A stretch of 64,000 nt of DNA. Source: Balneolaceae bacterium (GTDB taxonomy: Bacteria > Bacteroidota > Rhodothermia > Balneolales > Balneolaceae). A model generated the notes under the pieces. The model saw only the letters and a list, made by a program, of their open reading frames with translations, was not told where the DNA came from and made no database searches. The stretch lies in contig JBBDIJ010000002.1 of assembly GCA_040880485.1 (NCBI GenBank), positions 51,518 through 115,517 on the forward strand, in the 5' to 3' direction. Position numbers and translations under genes: made by a program. This document shows, piece after piece, positions 54,084 through 64,000 of this stretch; the first letter of the stretch is position 1, and the number at the start of each line of letters is the position of its first letter.

Positions 54084-54551
54084 ATGGCCCCAAAAAAATT
54101 CTGGCTCATGAAATCGGAACCCGACGCCTACAGCATCGAGGACCTGGAGCGGGATGGCAGAGAGCCCTGGGACGGCATTCGTAACTATGAGGCGCGAAAC
54201 TTCATGCGCGACCAGATGGCGGTGGGAGACCGCGCACTCTTCTACCACTCCAACGTGAAGCCTCCAGTGATTGCCGGTCAGATGGAGATCTGCAGCAAAC
54301 CCTACCCCGATCCGACCCAGTTCGACCCGGATAGCAAATATTTTGACCCGAAGAGCTCCGAACAGGAGCCGCGGTGGATGCTGGTGGATGTGAAGTTTGT
54401 GAGCCGTTTCGATTCACCGGTCATTCGAGACAGCCTTAAAAGCGACCCTTTGTTAAGCGAGATGATGATTTTCAAACGAAACCGTCTCTCTATTACACCC
54501 GTTACAGAACAGGAGTACAGAAAAGTACTGGAACTGGCCGGGGAGATGTAG
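54084..54551 (+). CDS. EVE-domain (PUA-like) protein
   Basis: The internal ATG gives MAPKKFWLMKSEPDAYSIEDL...WDGIRNYEARNFMRD...GDRALFYHS, the typical EVE/thymocyte-nuclear-protein-like N-terminus. Confidence 0.75.
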   Translation: MAPKKFWLMKSEPDAYSIEDLERDGREPWDGIRNYEARNFMRDQMAVGDRALFYHSNVKPPVIAGQMEICSKPYPDPTQFDPDSKYFDPKSSEQEPRWMLVDVKFVSRFDSPVIRDSLKSDPLLSEMMIFKRNRLSITPVTEQEYRKVLELAGEM

Positions 54552-54619
54552 ACGGAACCTAACCGTATTTTGTGTAAATTGGCGCCCGAAACCAACTGAA
54601 TGTGACGAATCTTGCGGGT

Positions 54620-55840
54620 ATGGGGAAAAGTGTAGATGAGATGCAGCTTCGAACCAGGGGAATTCTCCCGGTACAGAAGCTGAAGTTACTCTGCGAAGCC
54701 GGGGTCATTCGAGCCCGTGAAGGGGCTCCCATTCAGGAAGATCAGTTTCAGCCCAATTCGATCGATCTGAGGCTGGGCCTGGTGGCCCATCGAGTGCGTT
54801 GCAGTTTTCTTCCGGAGAGCGAGGCGGTTGAAGAGAAGATCGGGAAACTGCATCACTACACCTTTTCGATTGAGGACGGGGCCATACTGGAACCCAACTG
54901 TGTCTATATTATTCCGTTACTCGAAGAGATCTACCTGCCGGAAACCCACTTTCCACCCCAGCAGAAACTTTTTAACGGTGAGGAGAGAGGAGAGGGGTTT
55001 CGCCTTGTCTCTACCGATCACCTGACGGCCAAGACCAATCCGAAGAGCACTACGGGCCGGCTCGATATCTTTACACGTGTGATTACCGACTACTCCCACC
55101 GGTTCGAGGAGATCGAGCGTGGATACCGCGGGAAACTCTATCTGGAAGTGGTCCCCAAATCCTTTCCGGTGAAGGTTCGAACCGGACAGCGCCTGAATCA
55201 GCTTCGGGTTCGACACGGGCAGGAGGTGATCTCCGATCAGGATCTGCTTCGGATTCACAATAGCGAACCGCTGCTTTACGACGGAGCCGGGAATCCGCTC
55301 CCCATGGATCAGGTAAAGGTGAACAATGGCCTGTTTCTGAGTGTAAATCTGCCTGCCGGAGGGGATGGTGAAGTTGTAGGGTATAAAGCCAGGAAGCATC
55401 GGGACATGATAGACCTCGACAGGATTGACCACTATGCCGTGGAAGATTTCTGGGAACCGATCAGCTGCCGCAAGAAGGATCAGGTGATTCTTGAACCGGA
55501 GGCCTTCTATATCTTCGCTTCGAAGGAGCGCTGCCGAATACCGTTCGACCTGGCTGCAGAAATGATTGCCTACGATACCGGATCAGGTGAATTGCGTACC
55601 CACTATGCCGGTTTTTTTGACAGCGGTTTCGGGGGAAGCGTGAAGGATGGAGGCGCGCGCGCGGTTCTTGAGGTTCGGTCACACGACGTCCCATTTCTGA
55701 TCGAGGATGGGCAAACCTTCTGCAGTATGCGGTTTGAACCCAATACCGAAACGCCTGAAGTGGTCTACGGAACCGGAGCGACAGGAAGTAACTATCAGGG
55801 TCAGGGACTCAAACTGGGAAAGCACTTCAGAAAACCGTGA
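54620..55840 (+). CDS. dcd: long-form 2'-deoxycytidine 5'-triphosphate deaminase (dUTPase-fold)
   Basis: About 400 aa with two dCTP-deaminase-like halves (NSIDLRLG, and NPKSTTGRLDIFTRV in the first half; FDSGF, VLEVRSHDVPFLIEDGQ in the second). The start is uncertain (GTG 54602, ATG 54620 or ATG 54641). Confidence 0.65.
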   Translation: MGKSVDEMQLRTRGILPVQKLKLLCEAGVIRAREGAPIQEDQFQPNSIDLRLGLVAHRVRCSFLPESEAVEEKIGKLHHYTFSIEDGAILEPNCVYIIPLLEEIYLPETHFPPQQKLFNGEERGEGFRLVSTDHLTAKTNPKSTTGRLDIFTRVITDYSHRFEEIERGYRGKLYLEVVPKSFPVKVRTGQRLNQLRVRHGQEVISDQDLLRIHNSEPLLYDGAGNPLPMDQVKVNNGLFLSVNLPAGGDGEVVGYKARKHRDMIDLDRIDHYAVEDFWEPISCRKKDQVILEPEAFYIFASKERCRIPFDLAAEMIAYDTGSGELRTHYAGFFDSGFGGSVKDGGARAVLEVRSHDVPFLIEDGQTFCSMRFEPNTETPEVVYGTGATGSNYQGQGLKLGKHFRKP

Positions 55841-56556
55841 ATCTCTTTTACGCAGAACCGGAATTGATAGCCGGGTCCAGCCTGATCCTGGAGGGCCCTG
55901 AGTTTCACCACGCGTTCAAGGTGCTTCGCATGCAGCGCGGGGATGTAATACGACTAACAGATGGCAAGGGGATCATCTACAGTGGTGTGGTGGCAGGGGT
56001 CGAGAAACGTTCTGCGCGAATCGAGATCGAAGAGAAGCGGGAGGGTGCCGACCTCCGGCCGCGCTATTCAGTGGCAGTAGGTAACATTCGACAGCGCAGC
56101 CGGATAGAGTTTGCCATCGAAAAAGCAGTAGAGCTGGGTGTCCGGCAATTTCTTCTTTTTAATGGAGATCACAGCGAGAAGGGAGGGGTGAAATTGGAAC
56201 GGCTTCATACGGCGGCTCTTTCGGCGATGAAGCAGAGTTTACGCAGCTGGCTGCCGGGGGTAAGACACTGTGATTCGTTGGAGAGGCTGCTGGATGAGTC
56301 TCCATTCGCTCCTGTTTATATGGCTGATGAGACCCTGGATATGGCTGCGGATCCGATCCGGAGTGAACAGGAACAGGATGAACCCCTTCTTGTCATCGGG
56401 CCGGAGGGAGGTTTTTCGGAAATGGAGAGAGCGTTGCTAAAGGCCAGAAAAGCGAAGGGGTTCTCGCTCGGGTGCGCCCGCTTGCGAACAGAAACGGCTG
56501 TATTAGCAGCGCTTTGCAAATTCAACACAAATGCAGAGGCCTCACAGGATCATTGA
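55837..56556 (+). CDS. rsmE: 16S rRNA (uracil1498-N3)-methyltransferase
   Basis: A GTG start overlaps the dcd stop. N-terminus MNLFYAE...HHAFKVLRMQRGD and C-terminal LLVIGPEGGFSEME are typical RsmE motifs. Confidence 0.8.
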   Translation: MNLFYAEPELIAGSSLILEGPEFHHAFKVLRMQRGDVIRLTDGKGIIYSGVVAGVEKRSARIEIEEKREGADLRPRYSVAVGNIRQRSRIEFAIEKAVELGVRQFLLFNGDHSEKGGVKLERLHTAALSAMKQSLRSWLPGVRHCDSLERLLDESPFAPVYMADETLDMAADPIRSEQEQDEPLLVIGPEGGFSEMERALLKARKAKGFSLGCARLRTETAVLAALCKFNTNAEASQDH

Positions 56557-58451
56557 GGGTCCAGGTTGATACCGGCCTGGGCCGAGAAAGCTGCCAGTTG
56601 ATCGACTTCGTCCCACAGTTCCATCGCTCTGCTAAGGATATCGTTAAATTCGTTGATAATCGGATAATAGTACTCCATTCCCCAAACTCGCCGCGCCAGT
56701 TCTGCCTTTAGCCGTCCTTCGATCAACCAGAGGGCATCCTCGTACTGACTCCGTGTAATGGTTAGTCCGTCTTCCTCATGAACTGGTGACTCCAGATCCT
56801 CTACAAATACCATTCCCAGGCTATTCAGGCTGGCCGTGAAGCGTTCGAGCTGGTCGTCCGGCCAGCGATACTCTGACTGAAAGCGGTTGAAATCACTCTC
56901 CCAGTCCGCTCTGAAGTCGCTCCCCTGACGGTCCATGAACTCCAGGGCAAAGCTGCTGAGTGCCCCATTGCTGATGATGAAGTTGAAGAGTTCATTGGAG
57001 ATGGTGGTGTCGATGGGTACAATGAAGTCGGGGACAATACCGCCGCCGCCATAGACTTCCCTCCCGCCAGTGGTAGTGAATCGCAGGGAGTCGGGTACAT
57101 GATCTATAAATTGTTCTACATCGGCCCTGCCGGTATCGCGATTGTAGATCTCGTAGACGTATGCTTCCCGGCCGTTCTCATAAGGTTTTTGAATCAACCG
57201 CCCGGACGGTGTAAGGTAGCGGGAGATGGTTACACGGATGTTACTATTGTCCACAAGTTCATATTGCTGCTGTACGAGTCCCTTCCCAAAGGTTCGTCTA
57301 CCAACGATGAGTCCGCGGTCGTGATCCTGAACTGCTCCACTCACAATTTCACTGGCCGAGGCGGAGCCTTCATTGACCAGCATGATGACGGGGAGGTCCT
57401 TGAATAAGCCGTCCCTTCGAGATACTACCTGCTGTTCGAACCGCGCGTGGCGGCTCTCTGTGGAGACGAGTCGGGTTCCCCTGGGAAAGAACTCTTCTGC
57501 AATAGCGATCGCCTGGCTCAGGTACCCGCCGGGATTGTTTCGGAAATCAACGACCAGCCGCTCCATCCCCTCATCGGTAAGGTCGGCGGTGGCAGACAGG
57601 AATTCATCATGGGTTGTAGCTGCAAACCGGTTGATTTTGATGTATCCTGTCCGATCATCCAGCATGTAACTTGCATCGATGGTCGTAATGGGGATGTCGT
57701 CCCGCACTATGGTGAAATTGAGTCTGTTGGAGAGTCCCGGGCGGTAGATGGTTACGTCCACTTCGGTACCTGCCGGGCCTCGCAAAAGATGAACGACATC
57801 GTCGTTGGTGAGGCCGATGGCACTGCTGTCATTGATCTCAATAATGCGGTCGCCCGAAATAATTCCGAGCTGGTCACTGGGCCCTCCGGAGATCGGTGTG
57901 ACTACTGTAATTGTGTCCTGCATGATACTGAACTGTATGCCAATCCCCTGGAAGCGCCCTTCAAAATCTTCCTGCATTCGTTCGCTGTCTTCAGGTTCTA
58001 TATATACGGAGTGTGGATCCAGCCCTGTAAACATGCCGCGGAGCGCACTTTCAGTAAGCATCCCCATATCCTTCTCCGGGAATTTATTGGCAATGTAAAG
58101 ATAGGCTTCCTCGAACCGGTTGACTGATTCCCGGACCGAGCTTAAATCCAGATCGGTAAATATAGTATCGAGCGGGGTCCCTTCGAGGTCTGCCACTTCC
58201 ATTTCCTCAGTTTCCGCCTCTTCCTCTTCGGTGAAGGCACGGACAAATGCGAGCATACTGTTTTTGTGGAGTTCATTGATATCGGTTTCCCCCACGTAGT
58301 TATCTACAATTCGGTTATGAGTCTGAACATATTTTGTCAGATTGATCTGATGATCATTCTCTACGTAGACCTGATCGATACCGGCCAGCCAGACAATGGA
58401 GAGAAGAACAACAGCTATAAGATTGGGAGCGATAAACTTTTTGAAACTCAT
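56550..58451 (-). CDS. S41-family carboxyl-terminal processing peptidase with PDZ domain
   Basis: N-terminal TM anchor, PDZ-like GGPSDQLGIISGDRIIEIND, catalytic Ser context NEGSASASEIVSGA and Lys context RRTFGKGLVQ. Confidence 0.85.
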   Translation of the reverse strand: MSFKKFIAPNLIAVVLLSIVWLAGIDQVYVENDHQINLTKYVQTHNRIVDNYVGETDINELHKNSMLAFVRAFTEEEEAETEEMEVADLEGTPLDTIFTDLDLSSVRESVNRFEEAYLYIANKFPEKDMGMLTESALRGMFTGLDPHSVYIEPEDSERMQEDFEGRFQGIGIQFSIMQDTITVVTPISGGPSDQLGIISGDRIIEINDSSAIGLTNDDVVHLLRGPAGTEVDVTIYRPGLSNRLNFTIVRDDIPITTIDASYMLDDRTGYIKINRFAATTHDEFLSATADLTDEGMERLVVDFRNNPGGYLSQAIAIAEEFFPRGTRLVSTESRHARFEQQVVSRRDGLFKDLPVIMLVNEGSASASEIVSGAVQDHDRGLIVGRRTFGKGLVQQQYELVDNSNIRVTISRYLTPSGRLIQKPYENGREAYVYEIYNRDTGRADVEQFIDHVPDSLRFTTTGGREVYGGGGIVPDFIVPIDTTISNELFNFIISNGALSSFALEFMDRQGSDFRADWESDFNRFQSEYRWPDDQLERFTASLNSLGMVFVEDLESPVHEEDGLTITRSQYEDALWLIEGRLKAELARRVWGMEYYYPIINEFNDILSRAMELWDEVDQLAAFSAQAGINLDPQ

Positions 58452-58580
58452 TTACGAAAACCGGTCATTTAAAAAAAGTGCGTGGGTGACGGAAGATAAA
58501 AATCCCCGCCCTATACTGGTGAACGAACCGCAAGGTGCGTTCATTATACATATACAAGCCTCAAAATGCTATATCTGCGG

Positions 58581-60020
58581 TTACAGGATGTAGTGACTCA
58601 GATCCTTGTCTTTAATAAGGTCTTCCAACTGCCTGTTCACATAGGCTTTGTCGATCGTAATATCTCCGGACGGGATATCATCGGGAACGGCAAACAGGAG
58701 ATCTTCCAGCAGGGAGGAGAGGATGGTGTGCAGGCGGCGTGCACCGATGTTCTCTACCCTGTCGTTTACTTCGGCTGCAATGTGTGCAATCTCACGGATC
58801 GCCTCATCATCGAATTGGATCTGAACATCTTCCGAAGCGAGCATCGCCTGATACTGCTTGGTTAGTGCATTTTTAGGCTTCGTAAGAATATCGTAAAAGT
58901 CCGCTTCAGTCAGTGAATCAAGTTCCACCCGAATGGGAAAGCGGCCCTGAAGTTCCGGAATCAGGTCGGAAGGGCGGGTAATATGAAATGCTCCCGATCC
59001 GATAAAGAGGATATGGTCTGTTTTCACCATACCATGCCTTGTGCTCACATTGCTACCCTCTACAATAGGAAGAAGGTCTCTCTGCACTCCCTGCCGGCTA
59101 ACATCGGGGCCGGATTTGCCGCTGGTGCCCGGACTATCTGCCACTTTGTCGATCTCGTCAATAAAGACGATCCCCTGGTTCTGTACCCGTTCCAGGGCTT
59201 CCTGGGTCGCGGCTTCGTGATCGATCAGTTTTTCGGACTCCTCTTCGAGCAAAATCTCCCGTGCTTCCCGGATCGGAAGGGTACGTTTGACCCGTTTGCC
59301 CCCCCGCGAGAGATTGCCCAGCATATCCTGCAAGTTGATTCCCATCTCCTCCATTCCCATGGGCCCAAAGAGCTGCATCATCGGCTTTTTGGAAGAACTT
59401 ACTTCGATCTCGATCTTCCGGTCCTCAAGCTCACCATTCCGGAGTTTTTCACGAAAGCGTTTACGGGTGCGCTCATTCAGTTCACCGTCATCGGCACGAT
59501 CCGGGTCAAATCCGGCGTCGTCGTTCTGGGTTCCGGCTCTCTCCTGGCCCGGTCTTGACTTCACAGGCGGGATCAGAATATCGAGGATTCTCTCCTCCAC
59601 AATGGCTGCTGCCTTCTCCTGCACGCGCTCCTGCATCTCCTGCTTGACCATGTTGACGGCCACGTCGGTCAGATCCCGGATCATCGACTCTACATCACGG
59701 CCCACATACCCTACCTCTGTAAACTTGGAAGCCTCTACCTTGATGAAGGGGGCGCAGGCCAGCCGTGCAAGCCTTCTGGCGATCTCGGTTTTTCCAACTC
59801 CGGTAGGGCCAATCATAAGTATGTTGTTGGGAATGATCTCGTCCCGAATGTCCGGATCGGCGTTCAGGCGCCTCCACCGGTTTCGAAGGGAGATGGCTAC
59901 AGATCGCTTGGCCTCTTTCTGCCCTATAATATAGGTATCCAGTTCCGCAACAATCTGATGTGGTGTAAGGTTACTCTCTTTGACAGGTGTACTGCCTTTG
60001 GTTGTGGACGCTTTACTCAA
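58581..60020 (-). CDS. hslU: ATP-dependent protease ATPase subunit HslU
   Basis: [21 protein letters not shown], Walker [16 protein letters not shown], Walker [10 protein letters not shown]. Confidence 0.95.
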   Translation of the reverse strand: MSKASTTKGSTPVKESNLTPHQIVAELDTYIIGQKEAKRSVAISLRNRWRRLNADPDIRDEIIPNNILMIGPTGVGKTEIARRLARLACAPFIKVEASKFTEVGYVGRDVESMIRDLTDVAVNMVKQEMQERVQEKAAAIVEERILDILIPPVKSRPGQERAGTQNDDAGFDPDRADDGELNERTRKRFREKLRNGELEDRKIEIEVSSSKKPMMQLFGPMGMEEMGINLQDMLGNLSRGGKRVKRTLPIREAREILLEEESEKLIDHEAATQEALERVQNQGIVFIDEIDKVADSPGTSGKSGPDVSRQGVQRDLLPIVEGSNVSTRHGMVKTDHILFIGSGAFHITRPSDLIPELQGRFPIRVELDSLTEADFYDILTKPKNALTKQYQAMLASEDVQIQFDDEAIREIAHIAAEVNDRVENIGARRLHTILSSLLEDLLFAVPDDIPSGDITIDKAYVNRQLEDLIKDKDLSHYIL

Positions 60021-60561
60021 TGGTTAAAAGGGTTAGATTGTGATTCGTATAGATGTCGATGTCGGCGGCAATATGCAGGGACTCCTCTACTATCTTCTTT
60101 GCCGACAGGTCGGGAGCGTGCTTCTTGAGGGCACGAGCTGCGGCCAGAGCATAGGACCCGCCGCTGCCAATGGCCAGTACATGGTCGTCCGGTTCAATCA
60201 CATCTCCCTGTCCGGATACGAGAAGGGCCATTTCTCTGTCCATAACGACCAGAAGGGCTTGCAGTTTCTGCAAGTATTTATCCTTGCGCCACTCTTTTGC
60301 GAGTTCGACAGCCGCTCTTTGAAGATTGCCGTTATAGCTGTTTAATTTCTCCTCGAACCGTTCAAAAAGTGTAAAGGCATCGGCTGTAGATCCTGCAAAA
60401 CCGGCCAATATGGCGCCGTCCTGTAGCTTGCGTACCTTTCGAACCGTTGCTTTCATAACGGTTTTGTCCAGCGTCGCCTGGCCGTCCCCGCCTATAGCGA
60501 CCTCTCCATTGTGAATGACACCGATTACGGTGGTTGCGTGAAGTTGACTGAGATCTGTCAT
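60013..60561 (-). CDS. hslV: ATP-dependent protease subunit HslV
   Basis: The ATG at 60561 gives [28 protein letters not shown], a short pro-sequence before the catalytic Thr. The track extension to 60708 is Thr/Ser/Arg-rich, not protein-like, and overlaps the RNase G 3' end. Confidence 0.9.
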   Translation of the reverse strand: MTDLSQLHATTVIGVIHNGEVAIGGDGQATLDKTVMKATVRKVRKLQDGAILAGFAGSTADAFTLFERFEEKLNSYNGNLQRAAVELAKEWRKDKYLQKLQALLVVMDREMALLVSGQGDVIEPDDHVLAIGSGGSYALAAARALKKHAPDLSAKKIVEESLHIAADIDIYTNHNLTLLTIE

Positions 60562-60571
60562 GCGTCTGTCT

Positions 60572-62293
60572 CTATCCGTTTTGTGTCTGGCCTCTTTTTG
60601 GGCGTTCGGAGCGCCCGTCGTTCCCGTTACTCTTGTCGTAGTAGTCGAGTTGCTCGCTTGAAGAGCTGCTCTCTTCGACTTCGTAGAGTTTTTCGTGCGC
60701 AGCCTCAATCGCCTGATCGATTTCTTCTCCCCGGATTACGATGTCGGTGATGTCTATCTCCGACCCGGAAAGGGTGACCTTGAACTCGTTTAGGGAGATC
60801 TTTTCGTCAGTAATCAGGGAGATCCTGGTATGATAACGTACCATCCACTTCCAGCGTGTGCTCAAAAAGCCTTTTGTGAGATAGGACTTCAGAAAAGGGT
60901 TGATGTAGATGTCGAGTGATCGATAGTCGGAGTTGTGGCTGAACTTGTTAAGCCATCCCTCTATATCGGTAACAATGGTGTTGCGAGTAACCACAGTTCC
61001 CGTACCGCCACACATCGGACACACTTTGGATACGGAGTTCAGAACACTGGGCCGTATCCGCTGCCTGGTGATCTGGACAAGACCAAAGTCGCTCATTCCG
61101 ATCACATTGGTCTTGGCCTGATCTTTTTTGAACTCCTTCATCAGTTCATCATAGATCTTCTTGCGGTTCTTGTCTTCCCGCTGATCGATGAAGTCCACAA
61201 CAATGATACCACCAATATCCCTGAGACGCAGTTGTTTGGCGACCTCTCTTGCAGCCTCCAGATTCGTTTTCAGTGAGTTATCCTCCTGGCGCTGTTTGGC
61301 AGCGTAGGGTCCGGAGTTCACATCCACCACAAACATCGCTTCGGTCTGTTCGAATATAAGATATCCGCCGGAAGGCATACGCACTCTCGGACTGAAGATG
61401 GAGTTGACCTCTCCGGTGATTCCTACATGGTCAAAAATGTGCTCTTTGTCCTTGTATAGCTGGACATTGGGAACCATTTGGGGGGCTATACGTGATACGT
61501 ATCCCTGAATCGACTTGTATAATTTATAGTCGTCGATGAGGACCCGGTCGTAATTCTTGGCAAATAGATCCCGGACCAGACTTTCGGTCATGTCCAGGTC
61601 TTTGTGAAGCAGGGTGGGGGGCTTTGCACTCTCCAGCTTGTCCAGAATGCTCTCCCACTTTTTGAGCACATTCCGCATGTCGTCTTCCAGTGCCTCCTTA
61701 TCCTGCCCTTTGGCAACGGTCCGTACAATGACCCCGAACCCGTCCGGAAGCATGGAACCCACAATCCCTTTCAGGCGTTTGCGCTCCTTGTGATTGCTGA
61801 TTTTTCTGGAGACCGCAATGTACTCTCCCATGGGGATCAGGACCAGAAAACGGCCTGCAATGGTAATATCTGTGGAGACCCGCGGCCCTTTCGATCCGAT
61901 CGGTTCCTTGACGATCTGAACCAGTGCACGTTGATCGGTATTAAGCAGCTTTCCCGCCAGTGCCTGCTTTTCGTAATTGGAGAGTTTTTCAAACTTTTCA
62001 AGCTGCTTCTCCGCGTGCTGGCTGATGCTCTTTTCACCATTCAGCATCTTCAGATACATGCCAAGATGGTCTCCGGCATCGGAAAAGTGGAGGAAAGCGT
62101 CTTTGGGCATTCCCACATCGATGAAAGCGGCTCGAATGCCACTCATCACTTTGTGAACGCGGCCGAGATAGATATCTCCGACCGTGCGCTGATTGTCCTC
62201 AGACTCAATAAATACCTGGGCGAGTTCTCCGTTCTCTATAAGTGCAATTCGGTTCTGTTTTCCCGAAGAGTGTATAATAATCTGGTTTTTCAT
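60572..62293 (-). CDS. rng: ribonuclease G/E family endoribonuclease
   Basis: N-terminus [25 protein letters not shown]1 domain ([24 protein letters not shown]), catalytic region VVDVNSG...IIVVDFID, and Zn-link CPMCGGTG. Start chosen at the ATG at 62293. Confidence 0.85.
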   Translation of the reverse strand: MKNQIIIHSSGKQNRIALIENGELAQVFIESEDNQRTVGDIYLGRVHKVMSGIRAAFIDVGMPKDAFLHFSDAGDHLGMYLKMLNGEKSISQHAEKQLEKFEKLSNYEKQALAGKLLNTDQRALVQIVKEPIGSKGPRVSTDITIAGRFLVLIPMGEYIAVSRKISNHKERKRLKGIVGSMLPDGFGVIVRTVAKGQDKEALEDDMRNVLKKWESILDKLESAKPPTLLHKDLDMTESLVRDLFAKNYDRVLIDDYKLYKSIQGYVSRIAPQMVPNVQLYKDKEHIFDHVGITGEVNSIFSPRVRMPSGGYLIFEQTEAMFVVDVNSGPYAAKQRQEDNSLKTNLEAAREVAKQLRLRDIGGIIVVDFIDQREDKNRKKIYDELMKEFKKDQAKTNVIGMSDFGLVQITRQRIRPSVLNSVSKVCPMCGGTGTVVTRNTIVTDIEGWLNKFSHNSDYRSLDIYINPFLKSYLTKGFLSTRWKWMVRYHTRISLITDEKISLNEFKVTLSGSEIDITDIVIRGEEIDQAIEAAHEKLYEVEESSSSSEQLDYYDKSNGNDGRSERPKRGQTQNG

Positions 62294-62657
62294 GCAGGTA
62301 CGCACAGTTATTGCGCACCAAGCTCTGCCGTAACCATCTGCTGCAGATGTCAAAAAGCGTATTCAATTCAATATCAAAAGCTGATCTCACGGGACCGCAA
62401 GCAGAGCTTGAGCGGACATCATTATCATTCCTGTTTTGGTTACCGTATGGTGCAGGTGAGACCTGATCCGGATTCAGGAGAGATGAAGGGTATACCGGCC
62501 CGCGGCTGAGCGCGGAAGCGATCCATATAAAAAGCCGGTATTTCGGTGTCAAGTCTTTAATAAACAATTGTTTGCATCTCAAATAATCATCCGGACAGGG
62601 AACCACTGTTCCAACCTGCAATATAGCAGATTGTTTATTAAACGTAAGGCCCTGCTT

Positions 62658-63932
62658 TCAGGGCTCCTGCGGAACCCGCCGAATAGAGGCTCCTACACGG
62701 TTCAATTTACTCTCCAACATTTCATAGCCCCGATCCAGGTGGTAGATTCTTAATACGTGTGTGGTTCCTTTGGCCACCATGCCGGCCAGTACAAGGCTTA
62801 CGCTTGCACGCAGGTCGGTACTCATCACCGAGGCACCACTCAATTGCGTGCCGCCCCGTATTGAGACACTATTGTCATCCATGTTCAGATCGGCACCGAG
62901 TCGTTTCAGTTCCGGTACATAGCTGAACCGGTCGTGATAGATCATGTCGGTTACCGTGGAGGGGCCGTCCGCCTGCGTCATCATCGTGGCCCACTGTGCC
63001 TGCAGGTCGGTGGGAAAACCGGGATAGATCGCTGTGGTTACCGAAACGGCTCGCAGGGGTTCCTGAGCCCGGACCGAGATGGTCTCTCCTTCGGCTTTAA
63101 CCTCTGCCCCTGTGAGTTGCAGCATACGCGTAAACTGCCCCAGCTCTTCCGGGTCGGTGTCGGTCAGGGTGATATCCGAGCCGGTACTCATGGCAGCGGC
63201 TATCATGAAGGTTCCTGTTTCAATCCTGTCGGGCGCGTTCCGAAGCGGTACAGAGTTCAGTTTTTCTACCCGCCGGATGGTCAGGGTATCTGTGCCTACC
63301 CCTTCGATATCGGCCCCCATCTTCTGCAGGGCTCTGCAGAGCAGTGCTACATCCGGTTCCCGTGCCGCATTCTGAATGGTAAACTGTTTGGTTCGAAGGA
63401 CAGCTGCGAGGATGAGGTTTACCGTGGCCCCCACACTACTCGGGTTCAGTGTATAACGACCTCCCTCGAGTATGGGTGCAGGACACTCCGCAATCACATA
63501 CCCTTCGTCCAGCGAGATCTTCATGCCCATCGCCTCCAGGCCTTTCAGGTGGAGGTCCACCGGGCGTGGACCCCACGCACACCCTCCCGGAAGGGATACT
63601 TTTGCCTGACACTCGCGCCCTAAAAGGGCTCCCAGCATATAGAAAGAGGCGCGCATTCGTCGTACCAGTTCATACTCGGCTACCGGCCGGTTCAGCCCGG
63701 AGGGATCGATGATGAGCCGGTTCTCCTCCTCAAGAAACCGAACGTCCGTTCCTGTAGCACCTATGACGCTGTTAAACGTATAGATATCCTTCAGTTTGGG
63801 TATATGGGTGATCTCCGTGGGGCCGTCCGCCAACAGAGCGGCAGCCATCAGGGGGAGGGCTGCATTTTTTGAGCCGCTGACCGGAATTGTGCCGGAGAGC
63901 GTTGTAGGTCCTTCAACTATGAATTTGTCCAA
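62658..63932 (-). CDS. murA: UDP-N-acetylglucosamine 1-carboxyvinyltransferase
   Basis: SGSKNAALPLMAAALL and the active-site Cys context LPGGCAWGPRPVDLH. 424 aa. Confidence 0.9.
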   Translation of the reverse strand: MDKFIVEGPTTLSGTIPVSGSKNAALPLMAAALLADGPTEITHIPKLKDIYTFNSVIGATGTDVRFLEEENRLIIDPSGLNRPVAEYELVRRMRASFYMLGALLGRECQAKVSLPGGCAWGPRPVDLHLKGLEAMGMKISLDEGYVIAECPAPILEGGRYTLNPSSVGATVNLILAAVLRTKQFTIQNAAREPDVALLCRALQKMGADIEGVGTDTLTIRRVEKLNSVPLRNAPDRIETGTFMIAAAMSTGSDITLTDTDPEELGQFTRMLQLTGAEVKAEGETISVRAQEPLRAVSVTTAIYPGFPTDLQAQWATMMTQADGPSTVTDMIYHDRFSYVPELKRLGADLNMDDNSVSIRGGTQLSGASVMSTDLRASVSLVLAGMVAKGTTHVLRIYHLDRGYEMLESKLNRVGASIRRVPQEP

Positions 63933-64000
63933 TGGGAATGTTTCTTTTCGGTGTGGTTAGATTTTTCTATTTCGGGATCGCTCTCTTCTGTTCGGGTTGA

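Noticed and set aside
54084-55840. EVE-domain protein plus dCTP deaminase as a nucleotide-depletion anti-phage module
   Set aside because: This deaminase looks like the housekeeping dUTPase-fold Dcd in its duplicated long form. It does not look like the zinc cytidine-deaminase-fold defence enzyme fused to a kinase-like domain. It is translationally coupled to rsmE in a housekeeping context. No other defence hallmarks are nearby.
1-64000. Scan by eye for tRNA/rRNA genes, CRISPR repeats, IS elements, integrases and long direct or inverted repeats flanking the island
   Set aside because: I recognised none. The intergenic regions are short. The island borders (36144-36462 and 50538-50625) show no tRNA, att-like direct repeats or recombinase genes, so I cannot claim it is a mobile element. 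This was not an exhaustive computational search.

Overview
The window is almost entirely coding and moderately GC-rich by eye. I recognised about 57 protein genes and no rRNA, tRNA, CRISPR array, transposase or integrase. Gene content suggests an FCB-group bacterium (Bacteroidota/Rhodothermota/Balneolota-like). This is an inference from a PorV-like outer-membrane protein, a protein ending in a type IX secretion (T9SS) C-terminal sorting domain, and several genes without a Shine-Dalgarno sequence. Most of the window is ordinary housekeeping. It includes tatA (missed by the ORF track), galM with a Na+/sugar symporter, phoH, rpe, a thiolase and a Cys/Met PLP enzyme. It also includes ridA, rplU-rpmA, lexA, a glutaryl-CoA-dehydrogenase-like gene next to fixX-fixC-etfA-etfB, alaS and pdhABC. 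The rest comprises a dTDP-rhamnose operon, an EVE protein with a long-form dCTP deaminase, rsmE, an S41 peptidase, hslVU, RNase G/E and murA. The exception is a roughly 14.3-kb island (about 36.27-50.62 kb) between the pdh terminator and the rhamnose operon. Ten co-directional minus-strand genes encode, in order: a 1675-aa Ig-repeat adhesin with a T9SS sorting domain; three pseudopilin-like (PilV/W/X-like) proteins without a canonical prepilin motif; three minor and one major DUF4402/spore-coat-U-like secreted subunits; a PapD-like chaperone; and an usher-like outer-membrane protein. A fifth DUF4402-like gene converges on the usher gene. The island's non-coding gaps share a TTAGAA-N2-TTYTAA dyad, and a hairpin terminator follows the major-subunit gene. 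I consider this an uncharacterised surface-filament system. All family assignments come from motif recognition by eye and need HMM and structure confirmation.
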